From Promethearchaeati archaeon (GTDB lineage Archaea; Asgardarchaeota; Heimdallarchaeia; Heimdallarchaeales; Heimdallarchaeaceae): a stretch of DNA of 64,000 nucleotides. Below the pieces are notes generated by a model that was not told where the DNA came from, did not search any database, and worked only from the letters and a program-made list of their open reading frames with translations. Both the position numbers and the translations under genes were made by a program. Below are positions 30,351 to 39,408 of the stretch, in pieces (positions within the stretch are counted from its first letter, which is position 1; each line of letters opens with the position of its first letter). The stretch spans positions 149,950 to 213,949 of the forward strand of contig JABLTJ010000003.1 of assembly GCA_013166775.1 (NCBI GenBank), given 5' to 3'.

Positions 30351-30940
30351 ATACTTTGAATTAAATTGTCGATTAATATTTCTAGAAATTCATCTCTTTG
30401 CTTTTTATCATAGAAATCATAACCTGTTGTTTTTTGAATAACATCTGATCTGATAAATGCAAGTTGAGCACTAGATAATAATGTGTGTGCGATAATCATG
30501 ATTTCCTCTTCTGGTTTATTATCTCCATAGATCTCTCTGAAAATCATCATGTATTTATCTATTGAACGTGATGTATTATCATCCACAGCAGGATTCAAAT
30601 AATCGTGAATCATGGATATTCTTCCAAAGAGAGGATTGGTATCTATTAAGTCTCCTGTCCCCTTTAACATTATTTTAAGCTTATCAATTGAGGGCATTTT
30701 CATTGTTTCATAAATCGCATCCCAACGATCAATAATCATGTTAGTATCATAACGAATAGCTTCGCTGATAAGTTTGTCTTTAGTTCTGAAATGATAATTG
30801 ATGATTCCTACTCCCTTGATACCAGCTTTTTGTACAATTTTACGAACTGAAACCTCATTTGTGTTTCCAGCTTCTCTCAATAATTCTAAAGTAGCATCTA
30901 TGATTTTCTTTTTAGTATTTTCACTGCTCTTGCTTTTCAT
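30347..30940 (-). CDS. TetR/AcrR family transcriptional regulator
   Basis: TKKKIIDAT...SVRKIVQKAG....INYHFRTKDKL; likely start MKSKS at 30940. Confidence 0.9.
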   Translation of the reverse strand: MKSKSSENTKKKIIDATLELLREAGNTNEVSVRKIVQKAGIKGVGIINYHFRTKDKLISEAIRYDTNMIIDRWDAIYETMKMPSIDKLKIMLKGTGDLIDTNPLFGRISMIHDYLNPAVDDNTSRSIDKYMMIFREIYGDNKPEEEIMIIAHTLLSSAQLAFIRSDVIQKTTGYDFYDKKQRDEFLEILIDNLIQSM

Positions 30941-31344
30941 ATTGAACACCGTTCTCGAACAGTTTTTCATCTTTAGGCCATCTGAATACTAGTAATGCTA
31001 TGATCACAATTCCACTAACCACAGGTCCTGCTACCCAAGAAATTGGTTCTGGTGCTAATCCATCCCATAAGAACAAGTATGCAATCAGAGAGATGAATGA
31101 GGCTACAACTGCAACAATTCTCCATTCTTTCCGTTTCAAAAAAATTATAATTCCTGCTGCAACAAATCCAATTATTGTTAGACTCCAAAGCATAAGACCA
31201 ATAATTGTAACAGCTGTTTTCCCTAAAGCGTCAGATAATATCCATGATTGTCTAGTCCATCCAACATAATCACTTACTAAATTCAAACATTATATGTATT
31301 AAACCATGAATTATAAGAAAGGCTGATAATAATTTTCTTTTCAT
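30921..31344 (-). pseudogene. Small membrane protein with a frameshift near codon 20 (paralog of 36733-37143)
   Basis: ATG 31344 gives MKRKLLSAFLIIHGLIHIMFEFSK*; the continuation YVGWTRQSWIL is in another frame; the paralog has IIHGL...GWSRKSWLL in one frame. Confidence 0.7.
30942..30969. promoter_or_regulatory. Second, degenerate double operator directly upstream of the tetR start
   Basis: TTGAACA-C-CGTTCTC and TCGAACA-G-TTTTTCA. Confidence 0.55.
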
Positions 31345-31359
31345 TTTTTTCACCAATTA

Positions 31360-31388
31360 TTGAACACTGTTTTGAACACTGTTCAAAA
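31360..31388. promoter_or_regulatory. TetR-type operator (perfect TTTTGAACA-C-TGTTCAAAA plus an overlapping weaker copy) just downstream of the TATA box
   Basis: Palindrome at 31370-31388; TTTATATA on the minus strand at 31399-31392. Confidence 0.8.
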
Positions 31389-31578
31389 ACATATATAAAC
31401 CTTTTGAAATGAAAGTTGAAAACAAAAAAAAGAGATAATTCTCCAAGCACTTAATCATCTGTTAGTTCTTTTAGATCCTCTATCTTTTGAAAAGAAATTG
31501 AAGGAGTGTTATAAATAAAAATATAACAGAGAGCTAATAATACTCTATCAAAGAAACTATTTTTTTTCCGATTTTGGT

Positions 31579-32487
31579 TTATTTAATCTGATAAGGTGAT
31601 TCTCTCATTTGTTTGGAGAGTTTTTTCAAAGTAAGAACTTGCTCAACATTCTTCTTCCCATAACTATCATAGAGTTCTGCAGTCGTAAATCCATTGTCAC
31701 TCGCTACTAAAATTTGATCAACAATTGAGAAACCTCCTAAAAGTTCTCCTTTGTTATCTATTCCTGGCATCACATCAGGATCTGCATATTTTTCCCTAAT
31801 GAATTTAGGAACCTCTAAATATTCTGCTATCAGTTCTAATTGGCTTCGATAAATGTGAATCAAAGGCATTACATCTGCACAATGATCAACTCCCCATTTA
31901 GAAAAAGTTCCTGTTAACCATTCTGTTTTGTTAGCAGCTCCCACAACCATGAGATTATTTATCTCTGCATATTGGTAGAGAATTACCATTCGCATTCTGT
32001 GTTTTGTTACCGCATAAGCGTTACCTTTAGCAATCCAAGATTTTGCTTCTGGTTGTAAACGACCTGCTAATAAATTCTCTTCCTCCTCTTCAGACAGAAT
32101 TTTAGATTTGCTTTTTCTTACAATAAAACAACGTAGTCTTCTGCTTGGAATGAATCCAATAGGTAAGAGTCTGTATCCCTTTGCAGCTTTTACTAATGCA
32201 GTAATTTTTTTAGTTTTCAATTTCACTCCTAAATGCTTAGCAAGTTCGTTTGCATGTTTTTTATGTATTGGTTTACTATCCTTTTCAGGAAGATTGAATA
32301 ACTGAACTCTTTCTGCACCTAAGCTCTTTACAGTAAGGGTAGCTGTTACAGCTGAATCCAAACCTCCACTTAATCCTACAACAGCACCATCCTTTCCAAG
32401 TTCTTTCATAGTAGTTCTGATGAGAGTCTCAATTTCCGTACAGATCGCTGGAATATTGATCTTGAGTTCTTGGAGTACTGAATTCAT
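31579..32487 (-). CDS. nadE: NH3-dependent NAD+ synthetase
   Basis: GLSGGLDSAV, R.RM, GAANKTE...G.FSKWG and ADVMPL motifs. Confidence 0.9.
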   Translation of the reverse strand: MNSVLQELKINIPAICTEIETLIRTTMKELGKDGAVVGLSGGLDSAVTATLTVKSLGAERVQLFNLPEKDSKPIHKKHANELAKHLGVKLKTKKITALVKAAKGYRLLPIGFIPSRRLRCFIVRKSKSKILSEEEEENLLAGRLQPEAKSWIAKGNAYAVTKHRMRMVILYQYAEINNLMVVGAANKTEWLTGTFSKWGVDHCADVMPLIHIYRSQLELIAEYLEVPKFIREKYADPDVMPGIDNKGELLGGFSIVDQILVASDNGFTTAELYDSYGKKNVEQVLTLKKLSKQMRESPYQIK

Positions 32488-32725
32488 TGTAGACTACCTA
32501 CTGTGATGAAAAATATATTTAGATAATTTAACGCTATACTAAGATAGGATATTTAAAAAATTTGAGTAAATTAGTTTACATATTTTTAGAATTTAGATTT
32601 TAAGATTAGAAAATTAAAAGATCTTGAGATGAATTTAAAATTCCAAAATTTCTAAGTATTGAATGAGTTCGATGAATTTTCGGAAAAAATTTTAAATCCA
32701 ATAACGAATTACTCTTGATACAGAT

Positions 32726-33385
32726 ATGAGTTTTGTTTTAATGAAAGTACTTGAGTCTGCTCCTCATAGATATGACAAAGGGATAAAGATTCTCACCTTG
32801 GGAAAGATTGACAAAGCATACGACAGATTAATTGAAAGTATAAAGAAAGATGACAATACTTTAGATATAGGTTGTGGAACTGGAATGTTATCTTTTAGAG
32901 CTGTTCTCAAAGGAGCGAAAGTTACCGGTATTGATATTAATCCAGAGATGCTTGAAATTGCAAAGAAAAGAGTTAATGAGCTTGAAGTAAAAGATAAAAT
33001 TGCGTTCCTTGAGATGGGAGTTGCAGAACTGGATCATTTTGAGAATGATTCTTTTGATGTAATAATGAGTGGTCTCTGCTTCTCAGAATTAAGTGATGAT
33101 GAAATTTCTTTCACATTAAATCAAGTCAATCGAATCTTACGTAACGAAGGAAAATTTCTACTAATTGATGAGATAAGAAGTAAATCAATAGTTAAGAGAA
33201 TCATTAACTGGTTTCTGAGGATACCTCTTGTTGTAATAACCTATATTCTTACTCAAACTACTTCAAGAGCCTTGAAAAATATTGAAAAACGAATAACAGA
33301 GTCTAATTTACTAATACAATCTCGTAGGTCTAATTTCCTAGATAATTTTGTAGAATTTATTATAATTAAGGGGGATAAGAAATGA
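32726..33385 (+). CDS. cpaM: Corrinoid-protein-associated class I SAM methyltransferase (CpaM-like)
   Basis: N-terminus MSFVLMKVLESAPHRYDKGI; LDIGCGTG; overlaps the HgcAB-like gene. Confidence 0.75.
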   Translation: MSFVLMKVLESAPHRYDKGIKILTLGKIDKAYDRLIESIKKDDNTLDIGCGTGMLSFRAVLKGAKVTGIDINPEMLEIAKKRVNELEVKDKIAFLEMGVAELDHFENDSFDVIMSGLCFSELSDDEISFTLNQVNRILRNEGKFLLIDEIRSKSIVKRIINWFLRIPLVVITYILTQTTSRALKNIEKRITESNLLIQSRRSNFLDNFVEFIIIKGDKK

Positions 33386-34524
33386 ATATTTCAAATTATA
33401 TTTATTATGGTTTTTTCACAATTATTGAGACACTTCTAAGAATGTTTCCCTTTCCAGCTAAAACAGGATATCAAAAAGTAGGAAAACCAAATGAAGACTC
33501 TCCTGTCTTGTTAACGTGTAATTTTCATCTAACAATCTTAAGACTCAAGAAAGCTACTAGAGGTTTGAACTACCATCTTTTAATTGCAAACAGTAAGGGA
33601 ATAAATGTTTGGTGTGCTGCTACAGGTGGTAGTTTAAACAATCACTCTGTGATTTCAGTCATAAAAACAAGTGGAATTGAGAACAAAGTAAATCATAGAA
33701 AAATAATTTTACCTCAATTAGCTGCTTCTGGAGTAGAATCAAAAGTGATACAACAAAATGTTGGATGGAAAATTCTTTGGGGACCAGTTAACGCTCAGGA
33801 TATTCCTGAGTTTTTTGAATCAAGCTTTGAAAAAACCAATGAAATGAAACAAGTGGAGTTTAGATTTGTTCAGAGAATTGAAATGGCAATCATGTGGATT
33901 TTTCTTGCCACTGCTGTTTTGATGCCTATTTGGGGACCTTTGTTTAAACTTGAAGCAGCATTCTTATTGGCACAGATTTGTTTTATCTATTTCTTAGTTC
34001 TAATTTCTTTCCCAATCTTTGAAAGAATCTTTCAGAAAGAAATTGAAAAGAAGAAAGCGTTTTTCACTATAGGGAATCTTGTTGTTCTTTTAATAAATTT
34101 AGTTTATGCTGCTATTGGTGTAGTTTTGTATGTTATAGTATATCAGAAGGATTATTCGTGGATTTTACTTAGGTGGAGTATAGTATCATTCCTACTAGTT
34201 CTATTGGTAAATATGGAACTTAAAGGATCATCTTCAACTTACAAAAGTGATTCTCATGCAGATAAGCTGTATGATATAGCAGTAGATTTGGAGAAATGCA
34301 AAGGAACTGGAATTTGTGTTGATGTTTGTCCTCGTAATTGTTATGTTTTGGATACTGAACAGAAGAAAATAACTATGCCGAGACAAAAATTCTGTGTTCA
34401 ATGTGGTGCCTGTATTGTCCAGTGTCCTTTTGATGCACTCTATTTTATGAATAGAAAAGGAGACATAATCCAGCCTGAAATAGTAAGAAAGTTCAAACTA
34501 AATTTAATGGGAAAAAGAACCTGA
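33382..34524 (+). CDS. HgcAB-like fusion protein: CdhD-type corrinoid domain, TM helices and ferredoxin
   Basis: G.P..DSPVLLTCNF, GINVWCAATGG, HRKIILPQLAA.GV and WGPV.A.DIP; CKGTGICVDVCP and CVQCGACIVQCP. Confidence 0.9.
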   Translation: MNISNYIYYGFFTIIETLLRMFPFPAKTGYQKVGKPNEDSPVLLTCNFHLTILRLKKATRGLNYHLLIANSKGINVWCAATGGSLNNHSVISVIKTSGIENKVNHRKIILPQLAASGVESKVIQQNVGWKILWGPVNAQDIPEFFESSFEKTNEMKQVEFRFVQRIEMAIMWIFLATAVLMPIWGPLFKLEAAFLLAQICFIYFLVLISFPIFERIFQKEIEKKKAFFTIGNLVVLLINLVYAAIGVVLYVIVYQKDYSWILLRWSIVSFLLVLLVNMELKGSSSTYKSDSHADKLYDIAVDLEKCKGTGICVDVCPRNCYVLDTEQKKITMPRQKFCVQCGACIVQCPFDALYFMNRKGDIIQPEIVRKFKLNLMGKRT

Positions 34525-34564
34525 GAAAACATTCACAAGAATTTAGCTAGCTTTATCAAAGCCT

Positions 34565-35713
34565 ATGTATAAAATTTCTCAATATTCTGTGATGGAAATG
34601 AGAAAAAATCAGAACAATATTCTTGTGTTTTTCATAATTAGTATCTTAATAATATCTTCTTCAATCCTTCTTATCTACATGAACAAAATTAATTTTCAAT
34701 CAAATGAAGAACCAATCGCAGATTCCAATTGTTCAATTTTTACAGTAAAAGATGAAACTTCAGTTTTCTTTGGAAATAATGAAGATGAAGGTGGAGATCG
34801 TAAGAGGACAGATATGTGGTTTGTTTGTGCTGCTGATAATCAATCTTATGGTTGTGTTTATGTAGGTTTTGCTGAGAACGAACCTGGAGGGGATGATGTT
34901 GATGGTATTGAAATTGGAGGTATGAATACAGAAGGACTCTGTTTTGATGGAAATGGTATCTTTCCAGGAGAAGATGTCAATTATAGAGAAGATTTAGGTT
35001 CTCATTATTATTATCTAACAAGTAGAGGGATAATTTTACGCGAATGTGCAACTGTTGAAGAAGTAATTGTTTGGTATCAAACCCACAATATGGGAGGAAC
35101 TTGGTGGGGACAAACACATTGGGCTGATAAAACTGGAGCTGCAGTTGTCGTGAGTCCTGCAGTGGATGGTAGCATAGCGTTCACTCGAATATCAGGAGAT
35201 TTTCTGATATCAACAAATTTCAACGTTGATCATCCTGGTGGAACCTATTATCCATGTCCTAGATTTAATTTTTTGACAACAAGATTAACTGACATAATAA
35301 CAACAGATAATGTCTCCATAGAGACTTGTGCAAACCTATTGGAAGCAGTTCATGTTCCTCAAACATTTGCATATGCAGGAACTGTTTACTCGAATGTTTA
35401 TGATTTAAAGAAACAAATGATTTACCTTTACGTTCAAGGTAATTATGACGATGTTGTAACTCTAAATCTTTCTGCTGAATTAGCTAAGGGTTATCATAGT
35501 TATATAATAGAAAACTTGGAAAGTTCTACTCCTGAGGAGCTATATAATGTCTCTAATCTCTGGCCAATAGAACCAAAGCTCAGTATTTCTTCTCTTGCTA
35601 TTCTTCTTACGCTAGTTGCTGTCCCAATTTTCATTTCTGCTGGATACTGGATTTTTGTAACAAGAAATATTCGTAAAGTAGATGATAAAAGAGGTAAGAA
35701 AGATGGTAATTGA
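34565..35713 (+). CDS. Membrane-tethered Ntn hydrolase (C45/choloylglycine hydrolase-like)
   Basis: SN-CSIF nucleophile; FGNNED, GGMNTEGL, STNF and TVYSNVYDL motifs; TM helices at both ends. Confidence 0.8.
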   Translation: MYKISQYSVMEMRKNQNNILVFFIISILIISSSILLIYMNKINFQSNEEPIADSNCSIFTVKDETSVFFGNNEDEGGDRKRTDMWFVCAADNQSYGCVYVGFAENEPGGDDVDGIEIGGMNTEGLCFDGNGIFPGEDVNYREDLGSHYYYLTSRGIILRECATVEEVIVWYQTHNMGGTWWGQTHWADKTGAAVVVSPAVDGSIAFTRISGDFLISTNFNVDHPGGTYYPCPRFNFLTTRLTDIITTDNVSIETCANLLEAVHVPQTFAYAGTVYSNVYDLKKQMIYLYVQGNYDDVVTLNLSAELAKGYHSYIIENLESSTPEELYNVSNLWPIEPKLSISSLAILLTLVAVPIFISAGYWIFVTRNIRKVDDKRGKKDGN

Positions 35714-36704
35714 GTTGCAAAAAACCTCATCAATTTTACTGGCTATCTTGATTCCAATTATAATTCTTGTACTAACAGTTATTATTAGTTATCTAGCTAA
35801 AAAAGAAAGTAATTCGAAAATAAATAGAGTTGCAAAATTCCTAACAGAACCTTTCCAATTTAAACCTTTATTGAAAGATTCTGACTTGTCAGAACTACCA
35901 GAAATTAAGACACGAAAGATTATTGGAAAGGAAATACTTTTCCGTTTAAATCTTGTATATTATATTATCGTGATCTTTCTCCTTTGCAGTTTCTTAGGAG
36001 AGCTCTATCAAGTTCTTGCTGATCGTACATTATTAATAATCTTCACAAATATTGTATCTGATTCAGCTCCTTCCAGCTCTATCTGGTCAACAATTGTAAT
36101 TGAATCACCTTTTAGTTCTGGTTTTAGAGGATTTCAACCATGGTATGGAATGTATCCCAATCCAATACTAGAATCTCAGTACTACCATCAAACATGGGAA
36201 TGGATTTTTTACACTAGTGGAGTGTATAACAATTTCTTTCCAAATATGCAATATCACTTCTTTGGAGAATCTGTGAATACATTGGTGTTTTCATTTTCAG
36301 GATTGCTTATGGTTTTCATGCTAATAATAGGAACAATATTTCTTCTCCCATTGCTTTGGAAAGAAATACGAAAATCCTTTCTAGCTTCGTTATTCTTTTT
36401 GGAAGCAGGAATGATAATCGGAACAAAAGGAGTTTTTTCAAGCTTCGCTCAAGCTTGGAAAATAGAGGTAAACGATCAATTATTGCAGTATGGTGCGATT
36501 GCTATATCAAGAGCTTCAATTGCTGCAGAATGGGTGATTCTAGGACTAATCCCTGTTATAATAGGATTCTTCTTCTTCTTCCTCTGGATAGGAAAAAGAA
36601 TCTGGAAAGTTCACTACTCACAAACAGAATCAATAAGTAAGAAGACATTTCTGATTGCTGTAAGTATAAACTATTTTGTAGCACTCATTGTTCTTCTTTT
36701 CTAA
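35682..36704 (+). CDS. Polytopic membrane protein of unknown function (start probably about 35703)
   Basis: About six hydrophobic helices; overlaps the upstream gene. Confidence 0.65.
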   Translation: MIKEVRKMVIELQKTSSILLAILIPIIILVLTVIISYLAKKESNSKINRVAKFLTEPFQFKPLLKDSDLSELPEIKTRKIIGKEILFRLNLVYYIIVIFLLCSFLGELYQVLADRTLLIIFTNIVSDSAPSSSIWSTIVIESPFSSGFRGFQPWYGMYPNPILESQYYHQTWEWIFYTSGVYNNFFPNMQYHFFGESVNTLVFSFSGLLMVFMLIIGTIFLLPLLWKEIRKSFLASLFFLEAGMIIGTKGVFSSFAQAWKIEVNDQLLQYGAIAISRASIAAEWVILGLIPVIIGFFFFFLWIGKRIWKVHYSQTESISKKTFLIAVSINYFVALIVLLF

Positions 36705-36732
36705 AACCTAAGCTCTAAAAAGACTTGAGATA

Positions 36733-37143
36733 TTATCCGAAGATGATAATATCTGAAGGCCATTTATCAATCAGTAGTGTAATTATGTTAACTATAGCAA
36801 TTATAGGACCCAAAATGAAGTATTTTGGTTTTGGTTTTAATTCATTCCAGAAGAATGCAAATGCAAAAAGTGAGATGAATGAAGTAATGATATCAATTAT
36901 TCTCCACGATTCATTCTTCGAGAGAATTACAATACCAGAGACAACAAAACCAACCATAACTAATATCCAGAGAACAATACCAACAATCTTTACTATTTTC
37001 TCATCAAGGAATCTATCTAGTAACCATGATTTTCTTGACCATCCAAAATATCCTTCTTCCTCAGGTAGTTTAATATAAATTAGAAACATAAAGAAAACCA
37101 ATCCATGAATTATGAGAAGAATTCCAAAAAGTATGTGCAACAT
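36733..37143 (-). CDS. Small 4-TM membrane protein
   Basis: IIHGL...SWLL motif; four hydrophobic segments. Confidence 0.75.
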   Translation of the reverse strand: MLHILFGILLIIHGLVFFMFLIYIKLPEEEGYFGWSRKSWLLDRFLDEKIVKIVGIVLWILVMVGFVVSGIVILSKNESWRIIDIITSFISLFAFAFFWNELKPKPKYFILGPIIAIVNIITLLIDKWPSDIIIFG

Positions 37144-37229
37144 ATGAGATTTTGGACTTAGTATCTATTTAAATTTTCTCCAATTTAATAAGAAACACAT
37201 TTATTACATTTTTCAGTTCTTTATTTAGG

Positions 37230-38318
37230 ATGAAAATTGAACAGCAAGAATCTATAGTTAGTTCTGTACAATCTGAAGTTGCTGATAAATCAGAAAAAGA
37301 TGAGATCAATTTTGAAGAGAATAAGAAACGTTTTCTGAGTATTGATTTATTTAGAGGTTTAGCAATTGTAGGAATGGTTTTTGTCAATATTCTTACTGAG
37401 TTTGATAATACTCCTAGCTGGTCTAAACACGCTGTAGATTATGGTTTAACTTATGTAGATTTAATCGCTCCTTTCTTTATTTTTGCAATATCTTTGACTT
37501 ATAAAATGTCCTTTGATAGTACATTGAAGAGAGAAGGTTATGTGAAAACATATACAAAATTTGTCACACGATATGGTGCCTTAGTGGGTTTTGGATTCAT
37601 AGGAACTCTCTCTATCTTCACAAATGAAGGAATAAAATTTTCTTGGGGGGTTTTGCAAGCTATAGGTTATGCTGGTATTTTTACACTATTCTTTATTCTT
37701 CTTCCAAGAATTGTCAGATTTGTAATTGGTATAGGAACATTAGTTGGATACCAATTTATCCTTAATATTTCAGTAGAAGTAGAAGGTGCAATGATGACTT
37801 TAGCAGATTTGAATTTACTAGATGAACACGGGGGAGTAATAGGTGGGATTGGTTATGCAGCCTTGATGTTAACAGGTACAGCTATCATAGATGATTTTAG
37901 AGAAAAAAGAAAACTTCCAATACTAGTTAGTGGAGTTGTTTTTTCAGCTATTGGAACAACAATTCATTATATCTGGAAGTTCAAAGGAGTTCCACTTTAT
38001 GGAGGATTGTCTAAGGAAAGAATGACAGTATCTTATGTGTTCCTTACATTGGGTTTAGGTGCAGTTTTGTTCTGGTTGATTTGGTATCTATTTGATAAAA
38101 AAGAAATTACCAAAGGTAAAAGCAAAATACTTCAGCCTTATGGGAGAAATTCACTTTTCTTGTACCTTCTTCATCCTCTTTTTATTCTGTTCGCAATTCT
38201 CTATCTACCAGAGAGCAGTCATGCAGCCTTGGTAATGTTTGTAGCTGCAGTAAATGTAGCAATTCTTTGGTTACTTGCATTTGTGTTGGATAGAAAAAAA
38301 ATATACATAGTAATCTAA
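37230..38318 (+). CDS. Heparan-alpha-glucosaminide N-acetyltransferase (HGSNAT/DUF5009)-like membrane acyltransferase
   Basis: RFLSIDLFRG...M.FVN, H....GLT..D...PFFIF, GVLQ.IG and GRNSL motifs. Confidence 0.85.
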   Translation: MKIEQQESIVSSVQSEVADKSEKDEINFEENKKRFLSIDLFRGLAIVGMVFVNILTEFDNTPSWSKHAVDYGLTYVDLIAPFFIFAISLTYKMSFDSTLKREGYVKTYTKFVTRYGALVGFGFIGTLSIFTNEGIKFSWGVLQAIGYAGIFTLFFILLPRIVRFVIGIGTLVGYQFILNISVEVEGAMMTLADLNLLDEHGGVIGGIGYAALMLTGTAIIDDFREKRKLPILVSGVVFSAIGTTIHYIWKFKGVPLYGGLSKERMTVSYVFLTLGLGAVLFWLIWYLFDKKEITKGKSKILQPYGRNSLFLYLLHPLFILFAILYLPESSHAALVMFVAAVNVAILWLLAFVLDRKKIYIVI

Positions 38319-39364
38319 AAGATATCCCTAAACCATTCTTTCAAATCTTTAGGAATTGGAATAATTTGCTTATCTGATTCAACTCTATCTTTGAATTCAG
38401 GAATCCATTCTTCTAGTTCTTGTAAAACTCTTTCAGATGCTGTTTTTTCTTTGTCTGTTTCCACTAATGTTGCATATATGTCAAATTCTCTCCATTTGAG
38501 GAAGTCTGGCAAATAATCTAACCACTTTCTATCAAGATTGTATTCCTCACAGTATCCTTTCCATAAGCTTGGAATGAAACGATTTGCAAATTCCCTTTTC
38601 TTTTCATCAGGAACATCCCATACTGCTTCATGAATACTTGCTGCTAAATCATACATAAAAAAGAAATAATAAGAATCATCAAAATCATATACAATAATTT
38701 TCCCATTATCTATGTTGAAATTATCTGCGTGAAAATCATATTGTATTAAACCAAATGCATTATTATCTCTAGGTAATTGACTAAGCTTATCTTTTAGTTC
38801 GTTGAATCTTTTGATTACAGTACTTTCAATAAAATCTAAACAATTGTCAATTTGAGCTTGAACACTCTCAAAAGCTGTTAATCTTTTAATATCTAGTCTT
38901 TTGGAATTATATTTTACTGCAGCTGAATGCATTTTTCCCAAAGTTCTCCCCATTTCTTCCCATAAGTCTTCATTCCATACTTCTGGATTCCGATAATCTA
39001 CTGCTATTCCAGGAGCTTTTTCGAATACCATGGCGTTAATGATTTTTTCTTTATATTTTATTAATTCCAGATAATTCTTTTTCTTTGATTTAATAGGAAT
39101 AGATACTTTCACTCCTGAAGAGTCTAAATATAGAATCCAGTCTAATTCAGCTTGAACTTGCTCTGAAGTATGACGTGTTCCTCCCCTTAATATATACTTC
39201 TTGTTATTTTTTTGATATTCAAAAACAAAATTATTATCCATTGCCCCAAGAAAATTCAAATCAGTTAAAACAATATCATAAAGACTACAGATCTTTTCAA
39301 GTAATTGAGTATTCATATCTTCTGGATTTCCAAATATCATTATCTTATTTTTGAGGACTTTCAC
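38315..39364 (-). CDS. APH/type II homoserine-kinase-like phosphotransferase
   Basis: AELDWI, G.TLGKMH, GLIQYDFHADNF and YDFDD motifs. Confidence 0.88.
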   Translation of the reverse strand: MKVLKNKIMIFGNPEDMNTQLLEKICSLYDIVLTDLNFLGAMDNNFVFEYQKNNKKYILRGGTRHTSEQVQAELDWILYLDSSGVKVSIPIKSKKKNYLELIKYKEKIINAMVFEKAPGIAVDYRNPEVWNEDLWEEMGRTLGKMHSAAVKYNSKRLDIKRLTAFESVQAQIDNCLDFIESTVIKRFNELKDKLSQLPRDNNAFGLIQYDFHADNFNIDNGKIIVYDFDDSYYFFFMYDLAASIHEAVWDVPDEKKREFANRFIPSLWKGYCEEYNLDRKWLDYLPDFLKWREFDIYATLVETDKEKTASERVLQELEEWIPEFKDRVESDKQIIPIPKDLKEWFRDIF

Positions 39365-39408
39365 AAATATTTAAATTAATCTAAAAAGAAGGAAACCGTG
39401 AAATAAAA

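Noticed and set aside
32488-32725. Cobalamin riboswitch upstream of the corrinoid operon
   Set aside because: The region is very AT-rich with no B12-box or GGGAA core; only a weak TTCGA-N7-TCGGA palindrome is present.
33382-34524. Calling this a bona fide mercury methylase (hgcA/hgcB)
   Set aside because: The cap motif lacks the GK, the HgcB Cys tail is absent, and fused forms have not been shown to methylate Hg.
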